This document shows, one piece after another, positions 10,331-20,609 of a stretch of DNA of 64,000 nucleotides. Origin of the DNA: Elusimicrobiota bacterium. Its GTDB lineage: Bacteria > Elusimicrobiota > Elusimicrobia > F11. The translations under genes were made by a program, and so were the position numbers. The notes under the pieces are model-generated. The model had not been told where the DNA came from, ran no database searches, and was given only the letters and a program-made list of their open reading frames with translations. The stretch is from NCBI GenBank assembly GCA_044221725.1, contig JBGAON010000003.1:320001-384000 (forward strand), in the 5' to 3' direction. Position 1 is the first letter of the stretch. Each line of letters begins with the position of its first letter.

Positions 10331-11284
10331 TTAACCGTTTGCAGCGAGCGGTAGTGAGGACGGAAGTATTTCAGAGAAATCGTATTCCGGATAAATGTTT
10401 TTCAGTGTGACAACTTGCTCCACCGTAAGATCGGAGTGAATCAACGGAGAGGCGTGGATCATTTCCTTTATGTTGTCGGGGGATAACCGAAGCATCCGCT
10501 TAAATTTCTCCGGGGAAGCGGGTGTGCCATAAAAAAGTTTGTAGGCAACGTGCGTTTGCGCTTGCGCCTCCGTTTCTCGAAAATTGAAATGGCGGGCGAT
10601 CGCCGGGTTGTTCCCAGCGATGGCGTAGTCCGTAAGGCCTCCCAGTGGCTGGAATTGGAGAAAATTGTAGAGCGTATCGTGCCGCGGATGGTAGCACGCC
10701 ACTATCTCCGCAATATCTGTTTTTGTGCGCACGTAATCAAAAATGACTTTGAAAAAATTAATGAGAATGAGCATTCGTTTCGACCGGGAAAACGTTTTGC
10801 TCGAAAGCGACCGATCGAATGCCAGAAGCGACGCTTCCGCGATTTGGCCTTTTTGTTTTCGCAGCACGTCGAGCTGTGCTTTGTAGTTTTTATCCATCGG
10901 CACACCGAGCGGCGAATCTTGAATTAACGTGAGCGTTGCGAGCACGTAACGTCGTTTATAAACCACGATGAATGTATGGTTGTTCGGCAATAACTGTTGA
11001 AGAACAAAGCGGGATTGGGTCTGTTGTGGCGCCTGAAGCTTTCGTTTCAAATATTCTTCGTAAACCAGGTGCGAAGCGACTTTGAGTTCTTCCATCGTTT
11101 GAACCGGACGAAATTCAAAATCTCTCATGTGCCAGGATGACAATCCTTTCCAAATCACCTGAAGGAGCGGCAAGGATTTGCCGTTGCTGAGAAAATTGCG
11201 CTGCGGATGGTTGTTTTCAATGAATGGTGCCGTGGCGGTGGCACGAGCGTTTGTCGAGCTGTTCAAGTCCGTGTCATTAAACAT
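10331..11284 (-). CDS. FeeM-like N-acyl amino acid synthase (copy 1)
   Basis: LVYEEY, TLTLIQDSPLGVPMD, AEASLLA, HPRH..LY, AGNNPAIA resemble the FeeM/NAS GNAT fold. Confidence 0.8.
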   Translation of the reverse strand: MFNDTDLNSSTNARATATAPFIENNHPQRNFLSNGKSLPLLQVIWKGLSSWHMRDFEFRPVQTMEELKVASHLVYEEYLKRKLQAPQQTQSRFVLQQLLPNNHTFIVVYKRRYVLATLTLIQDSPLGVPMDKNYKAQLDVLRKQKGQIAEASLLAFDRSLSSKTFSRSKRMLILINFFKVIFDYVRTKTDIAEIVACYHPRHDTLYNFLQFQPLGGLTDYAIAGNNPAIARHFNFRETEAQAQTHVAYKLFYGTPASPEKFKRMLRLSPDNIKEMIHASPLIHSDLTVEQVVTLKNIYPEYDFSEILPSSLPLAANG

Positions 11285-11406
11285 GTTGTTGATTCGCCTC
11301 CCGTTGAAAGTCTAGCGGAATCGTCGTTCGTTACGTCGTGACTTTCGTCATCGCATGAATTCTTGCAACGGTCGTGCCAGAAGAAGCCGCGAAGAAACGC
11401 GTTGTT

Positions 11407-12453
11407 TTATGGGTGGGAAAAGAATTTTTCGAATTGTGTGTGCATACGGGAGGCTTCTTCGTAACCGAAGTCGATCAGACGAGCAATGTAGGAGGATTGA
11501 AACCGAAACGCGCGCGTCGAAAATTTCTTTTTCGTGATATCGCTCGTGTCAGAAAACTCATTGAGCAAGTTTTCGACATCTTTTGAAGGGGTGAGAACTT
11601 TAAGTTCAACGTCTTTCCCTAGCGAGGTTGAGTGCAAATCTCCCGTGAGCGGGTCATGACTTAACGCCTTAATAAGAACCTGGAACAGCAAAGCAGAATC
11701 TGTTTGGAAATCGCTCGGATAGGGATAAAGCGATCTCGGTTTGGGCGGTTGTGTGGAAATCGCCAAGATTTTTTTCGCTCCCATTTGAACGGCGGCCGTG
11801 AGCGGCTTTGTCATGTTAATAGAACCGTCGGCGAAATAATGTTCGTGGATTTTTACGGGCGGAAGAAAAAAAGGCACGCTGCAGCTGGCCACAACGTGTT
11901 GCGGACCGATTTCTTGAGGAAGCCCAATCGAATCGTTAAGGTGCCACGGGGTCACGCGGAGCCCTTCAATAAACCAAACAGGATAACAATGGACAACGTC
12001 CGTGGCTGCGATCGCCAGTCCGAGCGTCGATTCGTACCGGAAGTTCTCCATTAAACTTTGCCGATCAAAGCCCTTGTTAACGATGCGTTCGACCGCCTTT
12101 CCATCGAATAGAGACCAAAAACCTTCTTGTCGATTTAATTTTTTACGTGCATGGCGAAACAAGGACTTAATGAGGTTGGGCAGCGGTTGTTGGTAGTACT
12201 CGGGTACGTGAAAGCTTCTCCACATATCTTCGAGGACCAAGCGCTGCTGAAACGCGTGGGAGGAGCGACAAGCATAAAACGTGGTGTTTAAAGAGCCGCA
12301 TGAAATTCCCGAGAAAATTTGAAACGGGCTCCGTTCCGCTCGACAAAATTTTTCGTGAATATACGTGAGCACGCCGGCTTGATAAGCGCCCATCGCACCG
12401 CCGCCGCTGCACACCAGTCCAAATATCGGATGTTTTTTTTGTTCACTTTCCAT
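11407..12453 (-). CDS. Patatin-like phospholipase/acyl hydrolase
   Basis: SGGGAMGAY, GISCG nucleophile motif, ASCSVP, DGS. Confidence 0.88.
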   Translation of the reverse strand: MESEQKKHPIFGLVCSGGGAMGAYQAGVLTYIHEKFCRAERSPFQIFSGISCGSLNTTFYACRSSHAFQQRLVLEDMWRSFHVPEYYQQPLPNLIKSLFRHARKKLNRQEGFWSLFDGKAVERIVNKGFDRQSLMENFRYESTLGLAIAATDVVHCYPVWFIEGLRVTPWHLNDSIGLPQEIGPQHVVASCSVPFFLPPVKIHEHYFADGSINMTKPLTAAVQMGAKKILAISTQPPKPRSLYPYPSDFQTDSALLFQVLIKALSHDPLTGDLHSTSLGKDVELKVLTPSKDVENLLNEFSDTSDITKKKFSTRAFRFQSSYIARLIDFGYEEASRMHTQFEKFFSHP

Positions 12454-12506
12454 CGCGCACGGTAAGTGTGCGGAGAAAGCGGCCGAGCGTCAAGGAATAG
12501 GTTGGA

Positions 12507-13748
12507 TTAGGAATGCTTCTTTATGGCGAGAACAGCGTTATGTCCACCGAATCCGAACGAGTTCGAAAGCGCGGCATTGATGTGAGCGGAGCGCGCAGAA
12601 TTCGGAACATAGTCCAAATCGCAGTCCGGATCCGGCTGTTCGTAATTAACGGTCGGATGGACCACTTTGTTTTCCATGCAGAGCAGCGTCGCGATCAGTT
12701 CCACACCGCCGGAGGCTCCGAGCAAATGTCCCGTCATTGATTTGGTGGCAGAAACCGGAATTTTTTTGGCGCGATCTCCAAAAACCATTTTTATCGCTTT
12801 CGTTTCGCTTTTGTCATTTAAAGTTGTGGCGGTTCCGTGCGCGTTTATATAGTCGATTTCAACGAATTCCATGTTAGCGTCGCGCAAGGCACCGCGCATC
12901 GCTTGTGCAGCGGCCGTGGCTTCGGGGCCGGGAGACGTGATGTGATAGGCATCGTTCGTGGCGGCGTACCCCGCTAGTTCCGCATAAATTTTTGCTCCGC
13001 GCCTTTTTGCGTGCTCTTCGGTCTCAAGCACAACGACGCCAGCACCCTCTCCCATTACAAATCCTGAACGCTTTCCGTCAAAAGGGCGGCTCGCTCGGTT
13101 CGGTTCGTCATTGAAGTTTGTGGTCATCGCCTTTGCTTGGCAAAAACCCGCAATCGCCGACGCCGTGATGGCGCTCTCCGAGCCACCGGCGAGAATCATG
13201 TCCGCGTCGCCATAGCGCAAATGTCGCAATGCCGACCCAATCGCGTGATTCGCCGTGGCGCATGCTGCTGAAACCGAATAGACGGGGCCCGTGAAGCCTG
13301 TGTGAACAGCAATTTGTCCGGCCGCTCCGTTGGTGACAAACATCGACAGAAGACGAGAGGAAACTTTGCGCGGACCGTCTTTCATGAGAATGGAGTGTTG
13401 CTGTTCAAGCGAAGGCAATCCGCCTATGCCAGATCCCACAATGACGCCAGCCCGGTCAAGCTCAACTTTGGTCAGATCAATTTCAGCATCGTTCAGCGCC
13501 ATACGAGCGGCGCATACTGCAAAAAGGCCAAACCGGTCGAGATGGCGCGACTGCTTCCGGTCAAGGTGATTCAGTGGGTCGAAATTCTGAACTTCCGCGT
13601 CAATCTTGCAAGGAGATTCGCTCGCATCGAAACGGGCGATTTTTCCAACTCCGTTTTTTCCGCCAGCTAGCGCTTTCCAAAAATCGGTGCATCCAATTCC
13701 AATGGGGCTTATTACACCGAGGCCTGTAATAACCACTTTTTTACGCAT
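12507..13748 (-). CDS. fabF: Beta-ketoacyl-ACP synthase II
   Basis: SAACAT catalytic Cys, INAHGT, TGHLLGA, NSFGFGGHN. Confidence 0.93.
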   Translation of the reverse strand: MRKKVVITGLGVISPIGIGCTDFWKALAGGKNGVGKIARFDASESPCKIDAEVQNFDPLNHLDRKQSRHLDRFGLFAVCAARMALNDAEIDLTKVELDRAGVIVGSGIGGLPSLEQQHSILMKDGPRKVSSRLLSMFVTNGAAGQIAVHTGFTGPVYSVSAACATANHAIGSALRHLRYGDADMILAGGSESAITASAIAGFCQAKAMTTNFNDEPNRASRPFDGKRSGFVMGEGAGVVVLETEEHAKRRGAKIYAELAGYAATNDAYHITSPGPEATAAAQAMRGALRDANMEFVEIDYINAHGTATTLNDKSETKAIKMVFGDRAKKIPVSATKSMTGHLLGASGGVELIATLLCMENKVVHPTVNYEQPDPDCDLDYVPNSARSAHINAALSNSFGFGGHNAVLAIKKHS

Positions 13749-13787
13749 AGACCTCTGTTAGAAAACTACTCTAAAAGAAGCAACAAC

Positions 13788-14047
13788 TTATCGCGTTGCC
13801 GCCAGTGTTTCGGTGATCGCGCTTGTGATTGGCAAGCTGTATTCGAGAATGCCGAAATCCATTGAAGTTAAAGCCGGCGCATTTCGTCTTGCGGCTTAGA
13901 GTTTGTTATTACCTTCCATTTGGAACGTGCGACCTCGACGGACTGACTCGAAACGACGTTCAACACAAATTGAAACGGGTTCAGTCATTTTGCGGCGCGA
14001 TGAAAATCCTACACAAACAATGTGCCGCCCGAAACGAGCACGCGCTT
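13788..14047 (-). pseudogene. Degenerate duplicate of the C-terminal half of the upstream methyltransferase
   Basis: Translates KRVLVSGGTLFV*DFH...EMRRL/LTSMDFGILEYSLPITSAITETLAATR*, aligning with RVLAPGGTLLIQDFH...EMSRLITSSKFGTINYSQQINGFITETMATAS; internal stops and a frameshift. Confidence 0.8.
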
Positions 14048-14701
14048 TTAATGATTGGGCGCAACGTTTGGTTTGTCACTCGCTGTTGCCATTGTTTCGG
14101 TGATGAATCCGTTGATCTGTTGGCTGTAATTGATCGTCCCAAACTTTGAAGAAGTAATAAGCCGCGACATTTCTTCCGAAGGGGGTAGCTCCTCCCACTT
14201 TTTCAGTTCCGCCTTAGCTTTTTTTACCGAGCGAAACAGAAAGCAGTTTCGAATGAAGTGGAAGAACACTGTCAGCCCGGTTAGTTTGTGAAAATCTTGA
14301 ATCAACAGCGTCCCACCGGGCGCCAACACTCGTTTAATCCGCAACAAAAGTTCGTCCCGCGTCGCGAATTTATGGAATGAAAGACTGCTTACCACGACGT
14401 CGAACCATTGTTCTTTAAATTCCGCGCTGTTGGACAGATCACTTCGCGTAATTTTCCAGCTCGGACGTGACTTCCTCAGAACTTCTGAGACAAAACCCTC
14501 GTTTGTGCCAACCTCTAATACTTTCAAGCTGTGGTGGTGACCAACGAGATGGAGGATTTTCTCGACGAACTTCAATTGTTCGTCTCGATTTGGGTAATTC
14601 TCTTCGTCCACCATCGTCCCGATTTGAAATTTCGACTCAATCATCTCTTGAAGGTTGACCGGGCGTGATGCTTTCGTCAAGGATTTATCGCGAAAAAACA
14701 A
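14048..14701 (-). CDS. Class I SAM-dependent methyltransferase
   Basis: VLEVGTNEG, FDVVVSSLSFH, RVLAPGG. Confidence 0.8.
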   Translation of the reverse strand: MFFRDKSLTKASRPVNLQEMIESKFQIGTMVDEENYPNRDEQLKFVEKILHLVGHHHSLKVLEVGTNEGFVSEVLRKSRPSWKITRSDLSNSAEFKEQWFDVVVSSLSFHKFATRDELLLRIKRVLAPGGTLLIQDFHKLTGLTVFFHFIRNCFLFRSVKKAKAELKKWEELPPSEEMSRLITSSKFGTINYSQQINGFITETMATASDKPNVAPNH

Positions 14702-14746
14702 CCTAATACTTGTAAATGAATGCGTGACCCAGCATACTTTTTGATT

Positions 14747-16285
14747 ATGGGACGTTCGATCGAGTCGGCATTGAAATTGTGGAAAAAAGTATTGGGACCT
14801 GATTGTGCAGTGAACGACGCCGAAAGCTTGCGAGCTTATTCGAATGACACGACGGTCAATCCTCCAAAAGCTTCTGCGGTTTTAAAACCGAAAGATATTC
14901 AAAGTGTCCAGGCGATCGTCAAGATCGCTAATCATCACCGAGTGCCCATATATCCAATCAGTCGCGGAAAAAATTGGGGCTACGGTGCGGCGTGTCCCGT
15001 AAACGATGGCGACGTGGTTGTGGATTTGAGTGACTTAAACCGAATTGTTGACGTAAACACAGAACTTGCTTATTGCGTGATTGAGCCCGGCGTTACTCAG
15101 CAGCAGCTCTATGACCATTTAACCAACAACAAAATTCCACTTTGGATGGATGTGACCGGTGGTCCACCGGATTCAAGTTTAATTGGAAACGCATTGGAGC
15201 GCGGATTTGGACACACGCCATACGCGGACCATTTCCGGTCCATTTGCGGATTGGAAGTCGTGTTGCCGAGCGGTGAGCTGATCAAAACCGGATTTGGCCA
15301 TTTCCAAAACGCTCAAACGGCGCATCTTTATCCGTACGGTATCGGTCCGTATCTTGACGGGCTATTCACACAATCCAACTTTGGAATTGTCGTGCGAATG
15401 GGAGTTTGGCTCATGCCCAAGCCCGAGACGATGACCGCTTTCTTCGGGAAGATCGAGGATGATGCCGCCTTGCTGCACGTTGTCGAAAAGCTGCGCGTGA
15501 TGAAATTAAATCGTGATCTTCCAGGTTGCCTGCATATTGCGAACGCTCAACGCGTACTTTCCATGGGGGATTCCGCACCAAAAGACGTTAAGGCGTGGAA
15601 TTTTTCCGGCGCCTTTTACGGAGACTCGGCCGACGTCAAACTTAAAACCAGGAAACTTCTCAATCGGCTTCGAGATGTGGCTGAACTAAAATTTGTCGAC
15701 GAGCAAAAACTCAGGATCGCAAAAAAATTTCCGAATGCTTTGAAGACGCTGACCGGAGTCGATTTGCCAAGGATGTTGCCGGCATTGTCTTCTTTCTTTG
15801 GATTGTTGAAAGGTGTCCCGAACGGGCACGCTCTAAAAGGAGCATACTTCAGAAATCCCACGCCGGTACCGAGAAAAAATATCGATGCGGTGCGAGATAA
15901 TTGCGGTCTTTATTGGATTTCTCCGGTGATTCCTGCGCATCCCTCAGCGCTCACGCGCTTTCTAGCGCTTGTACGGCCCATATATAAGATGTTCGACTTC
16001 GATTTTCACGCAACATTGAATCTCGGAGAAGGACGAACCATTTGCGCGATCCTCTCCATTTCGTTCAACAAGTTTGACCACGCCGAAGCCGTTCGGGCGA
16101 GCCGCTGCTACGAAAAACTTTCGCGAGAATTAATTGGGGCTGGGTACGTGCCGTACCGCACCGGCGTGCAATCGATGCGTTCGGTTGTGAAGCGTAACGA
16201 TTCCTTTTGGAAATTCGTGAACACTCTTAAAGAGGGAATCGACCCAAATCAGATTCTTTCGCCAGGGAGATACAACATTGGATAA
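14747..16285 (+). CDS. VAO/p-cresol methylhydroxylase family flavoprotein (FeeG-like)
   Basis: SRGKNWGYG, IEPGVTQ, GNALERGFGHTPY, QSNFGIV, PYR, DPNQILSPGRY. Confidence 0.9.
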   Translation: MGRSIESALKLWKKVLGPDCAVNDAESLRAYSNDTTVNPPKASAVLKPKDIQSVQAIVKIANHHRVPIYPISRGKNWGYGAACPVNDGDVVVDLSDLNRIVDVNTELAYCVIEPGVTQQQLYDHLTNNKIPLWMDVTGGPPDSSLIGNALERGFGHTPYADHFRSICGLEVVLPSGELIKTGFGHFQNAQTAHLYPYGIGPYLDGLFTQSNFGIVVRMGVWLMPKPETMTAFFGKIEDDAALLHVVEKLRVMKLNRDLPGCLHIANAQRVLSMGDSAPKDVKAWNFSGAFYGDSADVKLKTRKLLNRLRDVAELKFVDEQKLRIAKKFPNALKTLTGVDLPRMLPALSSFFGLLKGVPNGHALKGAYFRNPTPVPRKNIDAVRDNCGLYWISPVIPAHPSALTRFLALVRPIYKMFDFDFHATLNLGEGRTICAILSISFNKFDHAEAVRASRCYEKLSRELIGAGYVPYRTGVQSMRSVVKRNDSFWKFVNTLKEGIDPNQILSPGRYNIG

Positions 16286-16958
16286 ATTGGTAACCATAAA
16301 ATCAGTCACAAAGAATTATTTTCTGGGTAAGCAGACGTCCTCCGCTTTACGCGGAGTAAGCCTCAATATCGAACGCGGCGAATTCTTAGCGATTTCGGGT
16401 CCCTCGGGGAGCGGCAAAACCACCTTGCTGAATCTTATCGGGTGCATAGAAACTCCGACTCAGGGCAGCGTCATTATCGACGGGGTCGACGTAGGAACCC
16501 TAAGCTCGGATCAAAGTGCCGAATTAAAAATGAACAAAATCGGTTTTGTATTTCAGAATTTTAATCTGTTGCCAGTATTGACGGCGCTTGAAAATGTCGA
16601 ATACCCGCTTTTCCTAAAGCATGTTCCAAAGCTGCAGGTGCGAGAGCGGGCACGAAAAGCATTGGCCGATGTCGGGCTTGCTACGCGCGAAAATCACAAG
16701 CCGATGGAGATGAGCGGGGGGCAGCGACAGCGCGTCGCCATTGCGCGCGCCATCGTTTCCCAACCACAACTGGTGTTAGCCGATGAGCCGACGGCAAACC
16801 TCGATCATAGCACCGGGCTTGAGATTTTGGATCTCATGAAATCGATCAATGTTGCAAATCAAACGACCTTCATTTTCGCGACTCATGACCCGAAGGTGAT
16901 CGCTAAAGCATCCCGCAACGTGTCCATGATAGACGGACTTATCGAGGGGGACAAATGA
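16278..16958 (+). CDS. ABC transporter ATP-binding protein (LolD/MacB-like)
   Basis: GPSGSGKT, MSGGQRQR, LADEPTANLD. Confidence 0.95.
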   Translation: MDKLVTIKSVTKNYFLGKQTSSALRGVSLNIERGEFLAISGPSGSGKTTLLNLIGCIETPTQGSVIIDGVDVGTLSSDQSAELKMNKIGFVFQNFNLLPVLTALENVEYPLFLKHVPKLQVRERARKALADVGLATRENHKPMEMSGGQRQRVAIARAIVSQPQLVLADEPTANLDHSTGLEILDLMKSINVANQTTFIFATHDPKVIAKASRNVSMIDGLIEGDK

Positions 16959-18211
16959 TTCTGAAACTTGGTTTCCGGAACGTTTTCCGACACAGGATTC
17001 GCTCACTCGTGGCATTATTTTCGGTGTCTTTCGGGTGTATTGGGATAATTTACTGCGGAGGATTCTTTGAAGACATTTTTATCGAGGTCCGCGAGAATCT
17101 CATCCATTCGTTAACGGGGCACATCCAATTAACTCGGGTCGGATTTCGAGAGTTAGGCCGATCCCGCCCATTCGAATTTCTTATCGATAATCCGGATGAA
17201 GTTTTGGATTTGACGCGAAAAATGCCGCACGTGGTAATGGCCACGCCTCGCCTGCACTTTTCTGGACTATTGAGTACCGGGGATAATTCAGTCTCTTTTG
17301 TTGGAGAAGGTATCGTTCCTCAGGATGACGCGTTCGTTATGGGAAAGGATGTCGAAAAAAACCGCGTTCTTCGCGGGGCGGGAGCGGTAATTGAGCAGGG
17401 AGAATCGCTTAGCAATGCGGATCCCTTTGGTATTAATCTCGGACGAGGACTGGCTGATAGTATTGGAGCAAAAGTCGGAGATAATCTGATTATGGTGGCG
17501 CGAACGGACGGTGGATCAATCAACGCGTTCGACGTCAGGGTTCGGGGAATTTTTTACACCGGATATAAACAAGCGGATGATTATTTCATTCGCATTCCTC
17601 TTTCGACCGCACAGCGCCTCCTTCGAACTTCTTCGGTTGATTCGATAATTGTGAATATCGATCTGACGAAAAATACATTCGATGTGCAGAAGGAATTTAA
17701 AAATGTGATTCGAAACAAAAAATTAGGGCTCGAGGTAAAGTCTTGGATTGAATTGAGTGATTATTATGTTGCCGTAAAAGCGCTGTTCGGTCGGATATTT
17801 CTCGTGATAAATATCGTGGTGGTTTTTTTGGTGGTATTCAGTATTTACAATACACTAAGCCTCGCTGTTTCGGAGCGCACTAACGAAATCGGTACACTGA
17901 TGGCGATGGGATCGAAACGTTCGGATATTGTAAAGCTGTTTATCGTAGAAGGTATGGCACTTGGAGCCATCGGCGGAGTATTCGGTTCTGCTATTGGTTG
18001 TGCCGTCACTTGGACGATTGCTCAAATTGGAATTCCTATGCCTCCGCCGCCGGGATTGGCCGTTGAGTGGACTGCTCGGCCCATCGTACTTCCTTTTAAT
18101 GTTTGTTTTGCGATGCTCGTGACTTTTTTGGCTTCTCTAATCTCTTCAATCTTTCCCGCGTATCGCGCCGCGAAGATGGAGATTGCTCAATGTTTGAGAA
18201 GTTCTAACTAA
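16955..18211 (+). CDS. ABC transporter permease (LolC/E, FtsX-like)
   Basis: TM1 + periplasmic domain + ERTNEIGTLMAMG, PAYRAAK. Confidence 0.92.
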   Translation: MILKLGFRNVFRHRIRSLVALFSVSFGCIGIIYCGGFFEDIFIEVRENLIHSLTGHIQLTRVGFRELGRSRPFEFLIDNPDEVLDLTRKMPHVVMATPRLHFSGLLSTGDNSVSFVGEGIVPQDDAFVMGKDVEKNRVLRGAGAVIEQGESLSNADPFGINLGRGLADSIGAKVGDNLIMVARTDGGSINAFDVRVRGIFYTGYKQADDYFIRIPLSTAQRLLRTSSVDSIIVNIDLTKNTFDVQKEFKNVIRNKKLGLEVKSWIELSDYYVAVKALFGRIFLVINIVVVFLVVFSIYNTLSLAVSERTNEIGTLMAMGSKRSDIVKLFIVEGMALGAIGGVFGSAIGCAVTWTIAQIGIPMPPPPGLAVEWTARPIVLPFNVCFAMLVTFLASLISSIFPAYRAAKMEIAQCLRSSN

Positions 18212-19430
18212 GCAGTCGTTCAATCCTCTGCATTATCTCGTTTGTCTGGTTGAATCCTCGTAATTCTCGAGAAATTTCTATGCAATTTCTTTTTATTCCA
18301 TCTTCCTTCAATATTCGGAGGGAGATCTCAACCAATTGATCAACTTCCATCCGTGAAGGATAAATATAAGTTCCACAACCAAGCCGACGAATGGCTTCCG
18401 CATGGAAATGCTGATCCGCTTGGGCGGGGATTGCTACCATCGGGACACCGTAGTGAAGCCCATGATACGTGCTCATAGCACTTCCCGAATAAATCCAAAG
18501 ATCAACCATTTGTAAGAGACGGCTTTCGTTGATGAAATCTTGGATGAAAAGATTTGGGTGTCTGACATCAATTTCAAATTTACGATTCCCTTTTGAAAGA
18601 ACGACGTTTAAGTTTTGTTGCAGTAGTTTGTTGAGGAGGGGGGATAGGAACGCCGTATCGAGTGCTTCTTGGGTGCCGACCGAAATGTAAACAACTTTCC
18701 TTTGTTTAAGCGCGGTTTCGTCAATGGACAGAGGTTCCTCTCGTTTCCAAATTAACGCTCCCGAATAAATGTCTTGAGTTCGTAACCTGGGGATGGGCAT
18801 CACCATTGGATGGTCTGCCAGCACACACACATCTCCTTGAGCTGCGTAATGGAAAAACGAATCTAGCGCCGGTAATTTCATTCGACAAGATGCCGTTCGA
18901 AGTGTACGAGATATGGACCGAATGATATTTTTCCTAACGAGATCACCCAATAATGTTCTGCTTAAGGGATTAAATATTTTTAGAGGAAAAAACTTCGGCG
19001 GCAGATAAGCATTGGGGGTGCTCGAGCCGATCGGAAAATTCGGGTGGCAACTTGCGGATGTGATCCCGATAGAAGGAATTCCCATCTTTTTTGCCAATTG
19101 GAGAGCAGTAAATCGGAAGTCGCTCACGATGAGGCCCGGCTTCATGGAGTCAATTATTTTCTGATCCTCTCGATAGTAACGAAGCAAGTCGTCAACTTCG
19201 TACATCCACGCGCGCTTTGCGAGTCGATGGTAGATTTCGGTGGGATTCGTCGTTGTCAAATTTGTTGTTTCGAAGCCATGCTGATGAAACAGGCCGGCGA
19301 ATTTGTCAGCACAGGCGACAACAACCTTTCGTTTCAGGGTTTTAAACAATCGAGAGAAAATAAGGGGCCGAACGATGTGGCAGAAGCTAATGCTTTCAGA
19401 AAAAACGACAACCGGAGCGTCTTTCGACAT
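18204..19430 (-). CDS. GT-B glycosyltransferase (GT1/MGT-like)
   Basis: N-terminal CHIVR His, VYISVGT, GVPMVAIPAQADQ C-terminal NDP-sugar motif. Confidence 0.85.
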   Translation of the reverse strand: MSKDAPVVVFSESISFCHIVRPLIFSRLFKTLKRKVVVACADKFAGLFHQHGFETTNLTTTNPTEIYHRLAKRAWMYEVDDLLRYYREDQKIIDSMKPGLIVSDFRFTALQLAKKMGIPSIGITSASCHPNFPIGSSTPNAYLPPKFFPLKIFNPLSRTLLGDLVRKNIIRSISRTLRTASCRMKLPALDSFFHYAAQGDVCVLADHPMVMPIPRLRTQDIYSGALIWKREEPLSIDETALKQRKVVYISVGTQEALDTAFLSPLLNKLLQQNLNVVLSKGNRKFEIDVRHPNLFIQDFINESRLLQMVDLWIYSGSAMSTYHGLHYGVPMVAIPAQADQHFHAEAIRRLGCGTYIYPSRMEVDQLVEISLRILKEDGIKRNCIEISRELRGFNQTNEIMQRIERLLS

Positions 19431-19435
19431 TTCGC

Positions 19436-20608
19436 CTAAAGACCGATGTCTTCTCGCTTTAAATTCAACCTTTGTAAAAGTTCGATAAACGTTTTGTTCA
19501 TGAACAAATTCTTTTTAACGAGAAACTCCACGCACTCGAAAACGTTGCGCCAATAAGTTCCGTCGGTTCGCTTTATTCTGATCATGTCGGAGAATTCGGG
19601 CTCAAAGCTGCAATGCCCAATTTTTTTGATGTCGATGGCCGTCATAATCGAAAGTACTTCGTTATTGGTTACCAGCGGACTTGAATGCCCTGGCAGAATG
19701 AGGTGCATCCTTTCTAATTCGTCCGCCACCAACTGTTTGTCTGGGCGCCAGGCCATCAGAGGAAGAATCCATCGAGGAACTCGTTCGGCGGGCCATTTCG
19801 TGCCATCCCAATACATTTCCGCATCTTCCTTATTAAAGATTTCAGCGATCTTAAATTTGCTTCGTCGCTCTATCCTGTCGGTATCCACGCGGGTTAAAAG
19901 ATCATGACGCGGATGTTCAAACGTTGTGTTACTTCCCATGAGAAGGGCCTGCGCCCAATCAACTCCGCTTATCATAAGTGGGATTTCAAACTCGGCGGCG
20001 TACCGAAGACCCATGTGCTGATTAAGCGATCCATCCAATCGATCGACCGTTCCATAACTTCCACTTTCATCAACATGGAGCAGGGTATAGCGGTAGAGGG
20101 AAGCGTATAAAGAGGAAGTTGGTTTATAAACGATATGGTCGAGATCAAGCTTCTTCGCGACTTGCTGTGAGGTTTCCAAGGCGACCACGCTGTAGAAACC
20201 ATTATCGATAGTCAGAGTAAGCATTCGGAGCTTCGGGTAGTCGCGTTTGATTCGGTACAACATGTAGGTGCTGTCTTTTCCACCGCTAAACAAAACAAGA
20301 GCGTCATAGCGGCGTTTTCCCTTCCCCTGATATTCGGTCAAGATTTCATGGAGCTTCTTTTGTTCATTCGCGATATATTTCTCTTCCCATCGCGATTGCT
20401 TGTCATCCGGTGTTGAATGGTTGAACGCTTCGCAACGCTGGCAAATATTTCCTTCGATGGTTACATGGGGAGCGTTCGACGAAATGGTGCATTGATGGCA
20501 ACGTTTTGCAATGAAGTTTCCGAGCATCGGCCGAATTAGCGGCCATATATTCTGGGAAACGAATTCGAACCGTTTTATTTCACGTGCAATGGCATGGGAA
20601 TTTGACAT
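19436..20608 (-). CDS. PP-loop ATP pyrophosphatase (N-acetyl-sugar amidotransferase-like)
   Basis: CHQC..CQRC, YDALVLFSGGKDSTY, TIDNGF. Confidence 0.8.
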   Translation of the reverse strand: MSNSHAIAREIKRFEFVSQNIWPLIRPMLGNFIAKRCHQCTISSNAPHVTIEGNICQRCEAFNHSTPDDKQSRWEEKYIANEQKKLHEILTEYQGKGKRRYDALVLFSGGKDSTYMLYRIKRDYPKLRMLTLTIDNGFYSVVALETSQQVAKKLDLDHIVYKPTSSLYASLYRYTLLHVDESGSYGTVDRLDGSLNQHMGLRYAAEFEIPLMISGVDWAQALLMGSNTTFEHPRHDLLTRVDTDRIERRSKFKIAEIFNKEDAEMYWDGTKWPAERVPRWILPLMAWRPDKQLVADELERMHLILPGHSSPLVTNNEVLSIMTAIDIKKIGHCSFEPEFSDMIRIKRTDGTYWRNVFECVEFLVKKNLFMNKTFIELLQRLNLKREDIGL

Positions 20609-20609
20609 A

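Noticed and set aside
11306..11355. Fourth copy of the direct-repeat motif upstream of FeeM1
   Set aside because: A TAGACT -10 is present but repeat spacing (9 and 8 bp) and sequence do not match, so it is too weak to call
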